The translations under genes were made by a program, and so were the position numbers. The notes under the pieces were generated by a model that did no database searches, had not been told where the DNA came from, and saw only the letters and a list, made by a program, of their open reading frames with translations. Positions 44,595-53,245 of a DNA stretch of 64,000 bases are shown here, in pieces (the stretch's first letter is position 1; each line of letters opens with the position of its first letter). Location of the stretch: assembly GCA_035509375.1 (NCBI GenBank), contig DATJLP010000007.1, forward strand, positions 9,848 to 73,847. Direction: 5' to 3'. The stretch comes from Candidatus Acidiferrum sp. (GTDB lineage: Archaea; Micrarchaeota; Micrarchaeia; Micrarchaeales; Micrarchaeaceae).

Positions 44595-44813
44595 TCACTT
44601 AACTAATCGGCTTTTGCCTGATGCGCGCCTTCCATCTGTTACCTCTTTCTTCCAGATAGCAGCGTCGCTATCACTTATTGTGCCGAAAAATTTTTCAAGC
44701 TGATTTATATCGCCCTTCTTGCCTCTGCCCTGTATAAGTTCCTCTATCATTTTAGAGAAAGATAAATCTTTTTTCATCTTTCGGAGTTCGCTATACACGA
44801 TATCTGACACCAC
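44595..44813 (-). CDS. vapB: VapB-type antitoxin (archaeal small antitoxin family)
   Basis: The pattern ISDxVYxELxKxKKDxSFSxxIxxL is typical of archaeal VapB partners. GTG start. 4-nt gap to vapC. Confidence 0.7.
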   Translation of the reverse strand: MVSDIVYSELRKMKKDLSFSKMIEELIQGRGKKGDINQLEKFFGTISDSDAAIWKKEVTDGRRASGKSRLVK

Positions 44814-44914
44814 TATGACCTTAGACGTTTTAACACCTATATATATTTCTATATATAGATATAAATACTTGCTGCTTAAACTTTGGATTTTTATTTTACT
44901 GCTATATTGGAAGC

Positions 44915-44930
44915 AAGTATTTAAATACTT
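44915..44930. promoter_or_regulatory. perfect 16-bp palindrome AAGTATTTAAATACTT in the vapB / pilin-like intergenic region
   Basis: Read directly. A third AAATACTT copy lies at 44863-44870, extended to an 11-nt inverted match (44863-44873 versus 44912-44922). Confidence 0.5.
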
Positions 44931-44970
44931 ATTTGTGTAAAATATATTTACTTAAGTAAAAGGTTGTTGC

Positions 44971-45348
44971 ATGGTGGGTAAAACGATAGAACTAGCAGGT
45001 GTTGTAAAGTATTTGGTTGTTCCGGTCTCTCTCTTTTTCGGCCTACTTAGCATTGCGAATGGTGCACAGGTTGGGCAGGTGCTGCAGATAGTTACTGAGC
45101 TAGGCACCATAAAAGGCATACTTGCGCAGATAGGTCCAACGCTGAGCGCCATACTCTTTATAGTCGCTGGAGTATTCTACGCCCTGGGCCAGATGCTGCC
45201 TCCGGACAAGAGGGCCAACTTCCACACAACCGCAGTCAATATAGTGATTGGTGCCATAGTCGTAGGAGTCCTGAGCGTTGCCTCTACCTCTCTGGCCACC
45301 GCATCCACACATCTGCTCAGCAACGTTACATCAAACTCGGTCTCTTAG
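44971..45348 (+). CDS. VirB2/TrbC/CedA1-like pilin candidate (signal peptide plus two-helix hairpin)
   Basis: 125 aa. N-terminal h-region ending SIANGA, then helix IGPTLSAILFIVAGVFYALGQML, basic loop PPDKRANFH, then helix AVNIVIGAIVVGVLSVA. Confidence 0.5.
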   Translation: MVGKTIELAGVVKYLVVPVSLFFGLLSIANGAQVGQVLQIVTELGTIKGILAQIGPTLSAILFIVAGVFYALGQMLPPDKRANFHTTAVNIVIGAIVVGVLSVASTSLATASTHLLSNVTSNSVS

Positions 45349-45355
45349 TGGTTAA

Positions 45356-46387
45356 TTGCTAGGATACAGCATCGCAGTAAGCGTGATTGCGATAATGATA
45401 AGCATAGGAGGCATCATCTTCGGCCTTGGGTATGCGATGGATAACGCAAAGCTCAAGAACTTTGGCAGGGACGAGCTCTTCCAGTCTTTCATAAACGGAG
45501 CCATAGTTGGCGTATTGTTCCTGTTTTTCAGCCCGGGTGGCATAGGGACGGGCATAATAAACGGAATTGTCTCGGGAACGGGGGCCACGGCGAGCTGCAC
45601 GGGCTACATGAGCACGAACTATGCGATATGCTTCGCGTCAAACTACCTCGTTGGCGTTCAGGAAGTCAGCATAAACGGCGCCAGCTACCCCTCGCTGCTG
45701 GACTCGTCGCTCGAGCTCCTGGTACCTGTATCAGCAGTCTACATAGTGCTGGGCTTCATATCGTCGGCGCAGCTGAGCCTGGGGGTGATATCCGTATCGT
45801 TCTCAACAATCCTTGCTCCGGTACTCGCACAGCAGGATTTCATAATAAATGCGCTCACCTTTTCGATAATAAGCATATACACGCAGTCGGCACTGCTTGG
45901 CGTTATATCGGTGGTGGCCGTGCCCATCCTCCTGCCGGTCGGAATAGTGCTCAGGACATTCTATCCGACCAGAAAGCTCGGGGGCACGATAATCGCCATA
46001 GCGATAGGCCTCTTCGCCGTCTTTCCACTCACATACCTGCTAGACGCGCAGATAACGTCAAGTTTTGCGGCTTCGTTGAACCAAAACTCGCTGAACACCT
46101 TTACGATACAGGCAGAGGGTGTCCAGAATGCGCTTCTCTCAGTAGGCGGGAGCGCGATATCGGCCAACACGATAACGGGAACCGCATTGAGCCTGATAAA
46201 CTCGGCTTCGAGCTTGGCTAGCTCCTTCTCAAGCGTGCTAAACGAGCTTGTTGCATGGCTATCTATACTCATAATCGAGGTGTTCTTCTTCCCGGTCTTC
46301 AGCATAATTTTGACTGTGACTTCGATAAGGGAACTGGCCAAGATCCTTGGCTCTGAGGTCTCCTTCGGGCGCTTTGACATATTTTAG
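45356..46387 (+). CDS. polytopic membrane protein, VirB6/TrbL/CedA-like candidate
   Basis: 343 aa with at least 6 hydrophobic helices. TTG start 7 nt after the upstream stop. Confidence 0.5.
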   Translation: MLGYSIAVSVIAIMISIGGIIFGLGYAMDNAKLKNFGRDELFQSFINGAIVGVLFLFFSPGGIGTGIINGIVSGTGATASCTGYMSTNYAICFASNYLVGVQEVSINGASYPSLLDSSLELLVPVSAVYIVLGFISSAQLSLGVISVSFSTILAPVLAQQDFIINALTFSIISIYTQSALLGVISVVAVPILLPVGIVLRTFYPTRKLGGTIIAIAIGLFAVFPLTYLLDAQITSSFAASLNQNSLNTFTIQAEGVQNALLSVGGSAISANTITGTALSLINSASSLASSFSSVLNELVAWLSILIIEVFFFPVFSIILTVTSIRELAKILGSEVSFGRFDIF

Positions 46388-46394
46388 TGATTAT

Positions 46395-47138
46395 ATGGAG
46401 TTCACAAAAGAGAGGGCGCTGATGTGCGCGATAGCAGCGCTCGACTCTCTCTTGATGATTATCACGATTTTATCAGGCTCTGCATATCTGGCGGTGGTTG
46501 AAGGGATGCTACTGCTCGCAACATTCTCAATTTACAAGATGTGGTACCTCATAGAAGCCAAGATTATAGAGAAAACCAACCTTGTGCAGCTCTTTAACGG
46601 TTTTGAGCTTGATGGGAGCAGGTCTGCGATAATATCCAGGGTTGCCAACGGCTATACCTCAACCTCTGCTGCAAGGGTCGACTCTCTCGGCAGTGTTGCG
46701 GTCGACAGGGAGAGGGTGGAGAGGCTTATAGAGCATCTGAACAGTCCATTCAAGCTTGTCCTTCAGGTAGAGAGGTTCGACGCCTCAAAGCTCCTGGAGA
46801 GGCTGGAGACGAAGAGGAGCATCAAGGAGATAGAGCTGTCCAGAGTGCACGGGCCTTCATCGGGGAAAGGGCTGATCACCTCTAACAGGCTAAAGAGCGA
46901 GATATCGCATTTGGAGCAGGAGATAGCTGGCATAAAAGGCGGCGGCATGCCATTGAAGCTTTCCTACTATATGATGACGTGCGCCACAGCGCAGAGCAGG
47001 TACAAGGCTGAGGAGCTCTCTAGAATGCAGCTGGGAGAGCTTGTTTCTGAGTTCGACGCAACGTTTGGCACGAAATCTTCCGTGCTTTCTAGCGATAGCC
47101 TCTTAAAGCTGATGAAATTCGATTCGATGATTGCTTGA
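46395..47138 (+). CDS. membrane-anchored protein (TM hairpin plus soluble domain), candidate VirB3 / VirB4 N-terminal-domain equivalent
   Basis: ATG 7 nt after the upstream stop. Two N-terminal helices (ALMCAIAALDSLLMIITIL and VVEGMLLLATFSIYKMW) followed by about 190 soluble aa. Its stop overlaps the TTG of the ATPase ORF. Confidence 0.45.
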   Translation: MEFTKERALMCAIAALDSLLMIITILSGSAYLAVVEGMLLLATFSIYKMWYLIEAKIIEKTNLVQLFNGFELDGSRSAIISRVANGYTSTSAARVDSLGSVAVDRERVERLIEHLNSPFKLVLQVERFDASKLLERLETKRSIKEIELSRVHGPSSGKGLITSNRLKSEISHLEQEIAGIKGGGMPLKLSYYMMTCATAQSRYKAEELSRMQLGELVSEFDATFGTKSSVLSSDSLLKLMKFDSMIA

Positions 47139-48235
47139 TAATAAAATCAAACTCTAGGAAGGCGGCCATTTATTCAAATATATTCCCAATGTCAGAGCCC
47201 CCTCTTGAAGAGGAGGACCAGGAAGGCGGCCTCTATGTGGGAAAAACATCGATCTACAAGCTGCCTTTCTTCCTGAACCAGGACCGGCTCATAAACCCGC
47301 ACATATCGGTCCTTGGGATGACCGGCTCGGGAAAAACCTATCTTGTGAAGAGCCTGATAGCGAGATACCGCTTGTTCAAGGAGCATAACGTGCTGATTAT
47401 AGACTGGAACTCGGAGTATACAGGGCTTGTCTCGCACCTCCACGGAAGAACTACAAAGGTGGAGGTGGGGAGGATGCCTAGCGTATCTGAGGTTATTTCG
47501 GGCCTGAACAGCATAGACCTATCTGCTGTAGGCGATGGCTCCGAGAAACTCTCTTTGGCCTCGACCTTCTTGGCCGGTTTGCTGAAATTCATGCTTTCTC
47601 TAGGGCCTGACAGGAGGCTTGACACGGTCGTGGTGATAGATGAGGCGTGGAAGCTGCTTAATTTTGACAAGAATATTGGTAAGCTCTTTAGGGAAGGCAG
47701 GAAGTTTGGTTTTGCCGTGATAGCCGCAACCCAGTTGCTCAATGACGTGGACAATGAGGTGCTGGCAAACGCGGCGTGCAGTTTTGTTTTCAGGTTACAG
47801 GGGTCGGAGAATTTTGAGAGGTTGGTCTCTTCCGAGTTGATAGATGAGGATTCGGTCGGTGTGGTAAGGTCGCTGAAAAGGGGGAGCTGCCTGGTCTCCT
47901 TGGCCTATAAAGGAAGAGACCTGTCAAGGAGGTTTGTTGTAGACAGGGTTAGCGGCTTTTCGATGGGCAATTATTCTATAAATGGTGATAAATTGGTGGT
48001 GAATATATCTGCGCATAAGCTTGGGGCGGTTCTTGATGACTCTCACCTGAGCAGCGAGGCAAAAGTCAGGATAGGAAGGTTCTTTGAAGAGAATAGCAAG
48101 GGTGTGGATTTGCAGCACCTAGTAACATTCCTTTTTGCTGCTGGACTTGGCAGGCCCGACATATTCTCTCTTGCCAGGGCCCTGGGCATAAACGATGCGG
48201 CAGTGGCCATGGCTATGGAGGTTGTGAAATGTTGA
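47135..48235 (+). CDS. VirB4/TrbE/CedB-class (HerA-FtsK superfamily) ATPase domain protein
   Basis: Walker A GMTGSGKT (47315-47338), Walker B VVVIDEAWKLL (about 47627-47659), and VIAATQ. An alternative ATG lies at 47189. Confidence 0.75.
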   Translation: MIIKSNSRKAAIYSNIFPMSEPPLEEEDQEGGLYVGKTSIYKLPFFLNQDRLINPHISVLGMTGSGKTYLVKSLIARYRLFKEHNVLIIDWNSEYTGLVSHLHGRTTKVEVGRMPSVSEVISGLNSIDLSAVGDGSEKLSLASTFLAGLLKFMLSLGPDRRLDTVVVIDEAWKLLNFDKNIGKLFREGRKFGFAVIAATQLLNDVDNEVLANAACSFVFRLQGSENFERLVSSELIDEDSVGVVRSLKRGSCLVSLAYKGRDLSRRFVVDRVSGFSMGNYSINGDKLVVNISAHKLGAVLDDSHLSSEAKVRIGRFFEENSKGVDLQHLVTFLFAAGLGRPDIFSLARALGINDAAVAMAMEVVKC

Positions 48236-48873
48236 AAAGGGCCAAAAAACCGGATTGGAAATTCAGTTCTTCCTTTTGTGTTAAAGGCAAATTGATTTCT
48301 GCCATTTCAGAGGTTGAGAAGACGCTTGGCAGCGTGCCCGAAATAAAGCAGGTTAGCTGCGGTGAAACAATCGGGTTTGAACTTTTGAACGGAGGCGATG
48401 GCAAACAGGTAGTTGAGCTTGATAGCAGTTCTGTGCGTCTGGTTTTCTATTTCAATGAGCAGAACAAGAGGAGATATTCGGCCTGTCTCTTGAAGTTTTT
48501 CTCAATATTGGCTATTGTTAACGATCATTATACTTTCGATATAAAGCCATTGTACAGCTATGTGATTGAGTCGCTGAGGTGGTCCCTTCCCTATGCAGAG
48601 GCGCAGGAAAACGACCCTAAAGCCGTGGCCCGCCTTTCGTGGAACCTGAGGAATATGACATTTGCAAATGCGAGTCTTTCGCAAGAGATTTTTGAAAATA
48701 AAAGAAGGATGGATGACATTCAAAGCAAATTGGCAGACTACGGAGCCTTTTGCAAGAAAGTGGTCGGCTCGCTCTCCCAGAAAAACGGTAATGTTCTGAA
48801 AGATCTGGAGGCAAGTTTTGGCATAGGTCAGGAATTGGGGAAGAAGGTGTGTGCAATGCTGGAAGGCGGGTGA
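48229..48873 (+). CDS. hypothetical soluble protein of the T4SS-like operon
   Basis: 214 aa. Its ATG overlaps the upstream stop (ATGTTGA). No motif recognised. Confidence 0.45.
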   Translation: MLKRAKKPDWKFSSSFCVKGKLISAISEVEKTLGSVPEIKQVSCGETIGFELLNGGDGKQVVELDSSSVRLVFYFNEQNKRRYSACLLKFFSILAIVNDHYTFDIKPLYSYVIESLRWSLPYAEAQENDPKAVARLSWNLRNMTFANASLSQEIFENKRRMDDIQSKLADYGAFCKKVVGSLSQKNGNVLKDLEASFGIGQELGKKVCAMLEGG

Positions 48874-49594
48874 AATGGTGCAGCGGGTCATCAGTTTTCT
48901 GGTTCTGGGGGCTCTTGTTGCGGCAGGGGCTTGCATCTCTTTGATTAAGGGGTTTGGCAGTTTCTCTTTGGCGGTGTTGGGAGGGGCTGCATGCTATGCC
49001 CTTATAATTTTATCCGAGTGGGGCGCCTCGAGAGGGTCTATTTTTATACGAGATAAAATTGAGTTGAAACAGAGAAAACCGCTTGACGAGTCTAGAGTAT
49101 TGGAAAGTTTGGGCGCAGCGGGGCGTAAAAACGATAACTTGTTTGTAACGAAAGGGCTGGCGGTCGACGTTGAAGATTTATTTAACGTGATGAAGATAGA
49201 ATCGGCGGTTGCAGGCAACAATTCTATAGGAGGCATGGAGGATTCGCTGTCTCTTCCTCTGTTTAAACTTTTAGAGGGTATGAAAGTCTGCATTTCTGGG
49301 AAATTTATAGGCGGCGGCTTGTCGAAAGAGATGATAGCTGCTAGAATTCTGTATGGCAAGTGGATTTCTGGAGAGAACTGTAAGGTTTCAAAAAATGTTG
49401 ATGGCATATTACGGGCTAATTTGACATCATTTGCGGATAGGTGCATTGGAGCGGGGGATTTGAAAACTATTGCAGTGTTTGATGCAGAGGAGGAGTTTCG
49501 CTTTTGGTCAGTTTTGGAGGGTTTTTCGAAAGATAGCGCGATGCTGCTACTGCGAGCCTCCTCCGGCGATTTGGAGGTGTTGCGATGCTGGTAG
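48851..49594 (+). CDS. hypothetical membrane protein of the T4SS-like operon
   Basis: Two N-terminal helices (VISFLVLGALVAAGACISLI and LAVLGGAACYALIILSEW). The likely ATG at 48875 is 1 nt after the upstream stop. Confidence 0.45.
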   Translation: MQCWKAGEMVQRVISFLVLGALVAAGACISLIKGFGSFSLAVLGGAACYALIILSEWGASRGSIFIRDKIELKQRKPLDESRVLESLGAAGRKNDNLFVTKGLAVDVEDLFNVMKIESAVAGNNSIGGMEDSLSLPLFKLLEGMKVCISGKFIGGGLSKEMIAARILYGKWISGENCKVSKNVDGILRANLTSFADRCIGAGDLKTIAVFDAEEEFRFWSVLEGFSKDSAMLLLRASSGDLEVLRCW

Positions 49595-49782
49595 TGCTAC
49601 TTTTTGCATTGAAAGTGGGGGTGTTTTCAGGATTATTTACAATCAACATGTCTAGTGCCCTGTCGCTTGCAGGAGTATCTAAAGATTATGAAGAAGGTAG
49701 TTCGTTTAAAGCGTTCTGTAGCGGAATTGTTCTGATAATTTGCTGTGCTCTCATATATGCGTTGGGTCTTGTTTTGAAATAG
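49585..49782 (+). CDS. small two-helix membrane protein of the T4SS-like operon
   Basis: 65 aa. Its ATG overlaps the upstream stop by 10 nt (ATGCTGGTAG). Confidence 0.4.
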   Translation: MLVVLLFALKVGVFSGLFTINMSSALSLAGVSKDYEEGSSFKAFCSGIVLIICCALIYALGLVLK

Positions 49783-49783
49783 G

Positions 49784-50098
49784 TCAGATCTCTAGCTTTA
49801 CATCGTCTCCTTCTATATGGACTTTGTATGTTTTGAGCTGGTAATCCTGGTCCCATGCATCCGGTGCCGCCTTTCCGGTGGTAACATCATATGTCATGCC
49901 GTGCCATGGGCAGGTGACTATCGGTCCGCTAAGGGAGCCGTCAGATAGGGGGCCGTTGTGGTGGGGGCAGTTCTGCTGCACTGCGTATACCTTGCCGTCG
50001 ACCTTGAACAGCGCTATCTCGGTGTCGTCATCTATCTTTATGTGCTTGCCAGAGCCCTCTGCAAGCTCGCTAAGTTTTGCAACGCTTACAATTCCCAT
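49784..50098 (-). CDS. Rieske [2Fe-2S] ferredoxin-like protein
   Basis: CPHHNGPL ... CPWHGMTY (CxH...CxxH). Confidence 0.8.
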   Translation of the reverse strand: MGIVSVAKLSELAEGSGKHIKIDDDTEIALFKVDGKVYAVQQNCPHHNGPLSDGSLSGPIVTCPWHGMTYDVTTGKAAPDAWDQDYQLKTYKVHIEGDDVKLEI

Positions 50099-50119
50099 TC
50101 GATCATTAAAACATGGAAG

Positions 50120-51028
50120 TTAACTTTGATATTTGTTGCGGTTCTGGTTTCTGCTTGTCATGCGCTTCGACCAGAACCCGCTATGTTTTATTATAGGTGT
50201 AAATACCGACGCGAGCGGGCGCTTCCTAATTCCAGATAAAAAAGTGTTTATTTCAGACATATCATCTGCACTTAGCTTCCACCCTGCGGCACCTGCATTC
50301 TCTATGATGTGCTGCTCCGTGCTTGCCTTAGGTATTGCTATAACATTTTCCTTCGCTATGAGCCAGTTCAGGGCCACCTGCGATGCGGTCTTTCCGTGCT
50401 TGGAGCCTATTTTCTTGAGCGATTCTGCGAGCTTCTGGTACCTCTTGTCAAAGAGAGCCCCTCTTGCTAGCGGGCTATATGCTATAACAGTGACCTTGTT
50501 CTTTTTGCAGTAACCTAGCAGCTCACTCTCAACATCCCTGACAAGTATGCTGTATTCCACCTGGTTTGATACAATATCATCATTCTTCAGCGCAGCCTGG
50601 GCCTCTTCGAATTCGCCCACATCAAAGTTGCTCACCCCTATGTGCCTTATCTTGCCGTCTTTCTTGAGCTTTTCCATCGCCCGCATTGTTTCTCCTATAG
50701 GAACGCTGTGGTTTGGCCAGTGGAGCTGGTATAGATCAATTTGTTTCACACCTAGCCTCTGAAGGCTGGCATTGCACGCTTTTATTACGTCATCGTACTT
50801 GAAATTATGCGGAGAGACCTTTGTGGCCAGAAAGACGTCAAGGCCTTTTATTGCATGGCCCACCATCTCTTCATTGCCGTACATCTCTGCTGTGTCGACA
50901 AGCGTCATTCCTTGCGCTACAGCGTTTCTTATTGCAGTTATATCGGTAGCGCCGCTTAGCATCTTCCACGTGCCTATCCCTATGGCAGGAAGTTTTTCCC
51001 CCGTTTTGCCAAGAGGTTTGTATTCCAT
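50120..51028 (-). CDS. aldo/keto reductase
   Basis: LGKTGEKLPAIGIGTW, DTAEMYG, LYQLHWP and IGVSNF motifs. Confidence 0.85.
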   Translation of the reverse strand: MEYKPLGKTGEKLPAIGIGTWKMLSGATDITAIRNAVAQGMTLVDTAEMYGNEEMVGHAIKGLDVFLATKVSPHNFKYDDVIKACNASLQRLGVKQIDLYQLHWPNHSVPIGETMRAMEKLKKDGKIRHIGVSNFDVGEFEEAQAALKNDDIVSNQVEYSILVRDVESELLGYCKKNKVTVIAYSPLARGALFDKRYQKLAESLKKIGSKHGKTASQVALNWLIAKENVIAIPKASTEQHIIENAGAAGWKLSADDMSEINTFLSGIRKRPLASVFTPIIKHSGFWSKRMTSRNQNRNKYQS

Positions 51029-51043
51029 ATTATCATTTGGCGA

Positions 51044-51835
51044 CTAATTATCAGAGAAGCCGTCCAGAGGCTTATAGGTGCCTGCAGATAAACCTTGGCT
51101 CGCAGCGCTCGATGCCTTTTTTCTCCTTATTTTCGCCAGCCTGTCTTCTGCCAGCTCTTTTCTTTCGGCATCGGCGTCAAACTTTACTATATCGCTTAGC
51201 CCCTCTTCGGTGTAAATTCTATCTGGATCTCTAACAAGCCTGTCTAGGTATCTGTGCACCTGCAGTTCTCTAATTGCTGCAGACCTGGAGAACTTCGTAT
51301 TGCCCAGGGGTGCGCTGCGTTCCCTTTCAAATTCTTTTCTCCTAACTTCTTCCAAAATCCCTGCAGTGACATGGTGACCGTTATTCAGCGCGATGGGCTC
51401 TAGGACAACCTGCATTCCGTTGTGGTTGAACTCCACCATCGGCCTATCCGGCCTGTATGCATCTATACGAAGTTCTGAAACCTCACCTTGCCGCTCCTGC
51501 AATTCTTGTATTTCGTCTTTCTTTGCCGAATAAACAAACCACGCTCGGTTTATTATATGACGGTTTGTTACTTCTCTGTTTGATTCTGTGGCCTCTCCAA
51601 GTTTTTGTTGGGGAGTTATGTCAAGGATTATGGAAACGTTTGCATAGCCGTCTATCTGGGTTGTTACCTCTGCTGTGCCGTATTTGCTTATGTGTATGCT
51701 TAATTTCTCCTTGTTTGAAAAAAGGCCGTAGCGGTAGTCGTCCTGTGTTAAGGAGGATCCTATATTTGATGCTGCGATTGGGCTCGTTAAACGAGATGTG
51801 TCGCCTGGTCTGACAGCGACATTGCGAACTTCCAC
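51044..51835 (-). CDS. hypothetical protein
   Basis: 263-aa ORF. No motif recognised. Confidence 0.4.
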   Translation of the reverse strand: MEVRNVAVRPGDTSRLTSPIAASNIGSSLTQDDYRYGLFSNKEKLSIHISKYGTAEVTTQIDGYANVSIILDITPQQKLGEATESNREVTNRHIINRAWFVYSAKKDEIQELQERQGEVSELRIDAYRPDRPMVEFNHNGMQVVLEPIALNNGHHVTAGILEEVRRKEFERERSAPLGNTKFSRSAAIRELQVHRYLDRLVRDPDRIYTEEGLSDIVKFDADAERKELAEDRLAKIRRKKASSAASQGLSAGTYKPLDGFSDN

Positions 51836-51920
51836 AGTACCCCTAAGAAAACACGGCTTTTAGGTATTTATAGCTTAACTTTATTCCTATTACCTGAGTC
51901 ATTTCATCCAGAGGAAGTAA

Positions 51921-53243
51921 ATGATACCAATAGTCGACTTTGACAGGTTCTTAATGGCGTTCTCCTTAGGAGTTCACATAATACTCGCTTCTATAGGAAT
52001 ATCGCTCCCGGTTATAGTAGTGATCGCAGAGGTTTTGGGCATTAGAGATAATGACAGGCACTTCACGGTTCTTGCCAGGCGTCTCTCCCTGGTGCTTGTT
52101 GTGCTTTTTGCGGTTGGAACCGCATCTGGAACGCTTGTTGCGCTTGAGCTCTTTCTTCTTTGGCCGAAGTTTATGGCACTTGCAGGGCAGGTGGCCATCC
52201 TTCCCGTATATATGGAGGTCTTTGCCTTCTTCCTAGAGGCGATATTCCTTGCGATTTACATATATTCTTGGGATAAGTTCAAGGGAAGGTACACCCATGC
52301 GGTGTTTGGCGTGCTGGTGGCAATAGGCGCTGCCGCTTCAGGCGTCCTGATAACAATGCTCAACTCCTTCATGAACACGCCTGTAGGATTTAACATAGCA
52401 ACCTACCTGCAGACAGGGACCCTGACAATGATAAACCCGCTTGCCGTCTTCAACGCCCCGGCAACAGGAATAGAGGTTGCGCACGTGCTTGCGACCACAT
52501 ATTTTGCTGGGACTTTCATATTCTGCGGGTATATGGCCTTCATGCTTCTGCGCAGCAGCGGGGCTGAAAAGGAGTACTACATGAAGGGGCTGAAGCTGAC
52601 CTTTGCGTTGGTGTTTGTCACCACGCTCTTCTCTGTTTATACAGGGACATTGTCGATAAAGACGCTTGCGACAATACAGCCTGAAAAGTATGCTGCCCTT
52701 GAGGGCAATATTGCTGCGGTGGCCAATGCCCCGGAAATAATAGGGGGGTTCTTCATAAACGGAACGCTTGTTGACTACCTGTCTGTACCAAAACTGCAAA
52801 GCACGCTGCTGGGAGGCGCAAATGTGGTTGCGCCGGGCCTAAGCCAGTATCCGCAGAGCACTTGGCCGCCGCTTGTGGTGCACGACCTGTTTGACCTGAT
52901 GGTCTTCTTTGGCGTTGGGTTTGGGATATTTGTGTTCGCGGTGCTGTTTCTTTCAATACTCAAAGAGAGGCCTTTCGAAAGGCACTGGATACTCTGGCTG
53001 ACCGTGGTTGCAAGCATCTTTGCGGTTCTGCTTCTGGAGCTTGGCTGGGCGATGGCCGAGATAGCAAGACAGCCGTGGATAATATACAACGTGATGCTGG
53101 TCAGCCAGGCGGCAAACTACTCTCCCTCTGTAATTCCGTTTGCGGTGCTTTTCGTGGTGATATATGCGCTCATCTTGCCCTTCACACTCTTTGTGCTCAG
53201 GAGGCTTTTCAGAGACAGGCCTTTATCGAATGATTTGGTGTAG
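51921..53243 (+). CDS. cydA: cytochrome bd-type quinol oxidase subunit I
   Basis: Polytopic protein with the conserved GWAMAEIARQPWIIY (GW..E.GRQPW-like) motif. Confidence 0.85.
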   Translation: MIPIVDFDRFLMAFSLGVHIILASIGISLPVIVVIAEVLGIRDNDRHFTVLARRLSLVLVVLFAVGTASGTLVALELFLLWPKFMALAGQVAILPVYMEVFAFFLEAIFLAIYIYSWDKFKGRYTHAVFGVLVAIGAAASGVLITMLNSFMNTPVGFNIATYLQTGTLTMINPLAVFNAPATGIEVAHVLATTYFAGTFIFCGYMAFMLLRSSGAEKEYYMKGLKLTFALVFVTTLFSVYTGTLSIKTLATIQPEKYAALEGNIAAVANAPEIIGGFFINGTLVDYLSVPKLQSTLLGGANVVAPGLSQYPQSTWPPLVVHDLFDLMVFFGVGFGIFVFAVLFLSILKERPFERHWILWLTVVASIFAVLLLELGWAMAEIARQPWIIYNVMLVSQAANYSPSVIPFAVLFVVIYALILPFTLFVLRRLFRDRPLSNDLV

Positions 53244-53245
53244 AC

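Noticed and set aside
44971-45348. Interpretation of the 125-aa protein as an archaeal type IV pilin / archaellin (class III signal peptide)
   Set aside because: There is no K/R-G/A cleavage motif directly preceding a single hydrophobic helix. The protein has a Sec-like leader plus two further helices. The operon has a VirB4-type rather than a PilB/FlaI-type ATPase, and no PilC/FlaJ.
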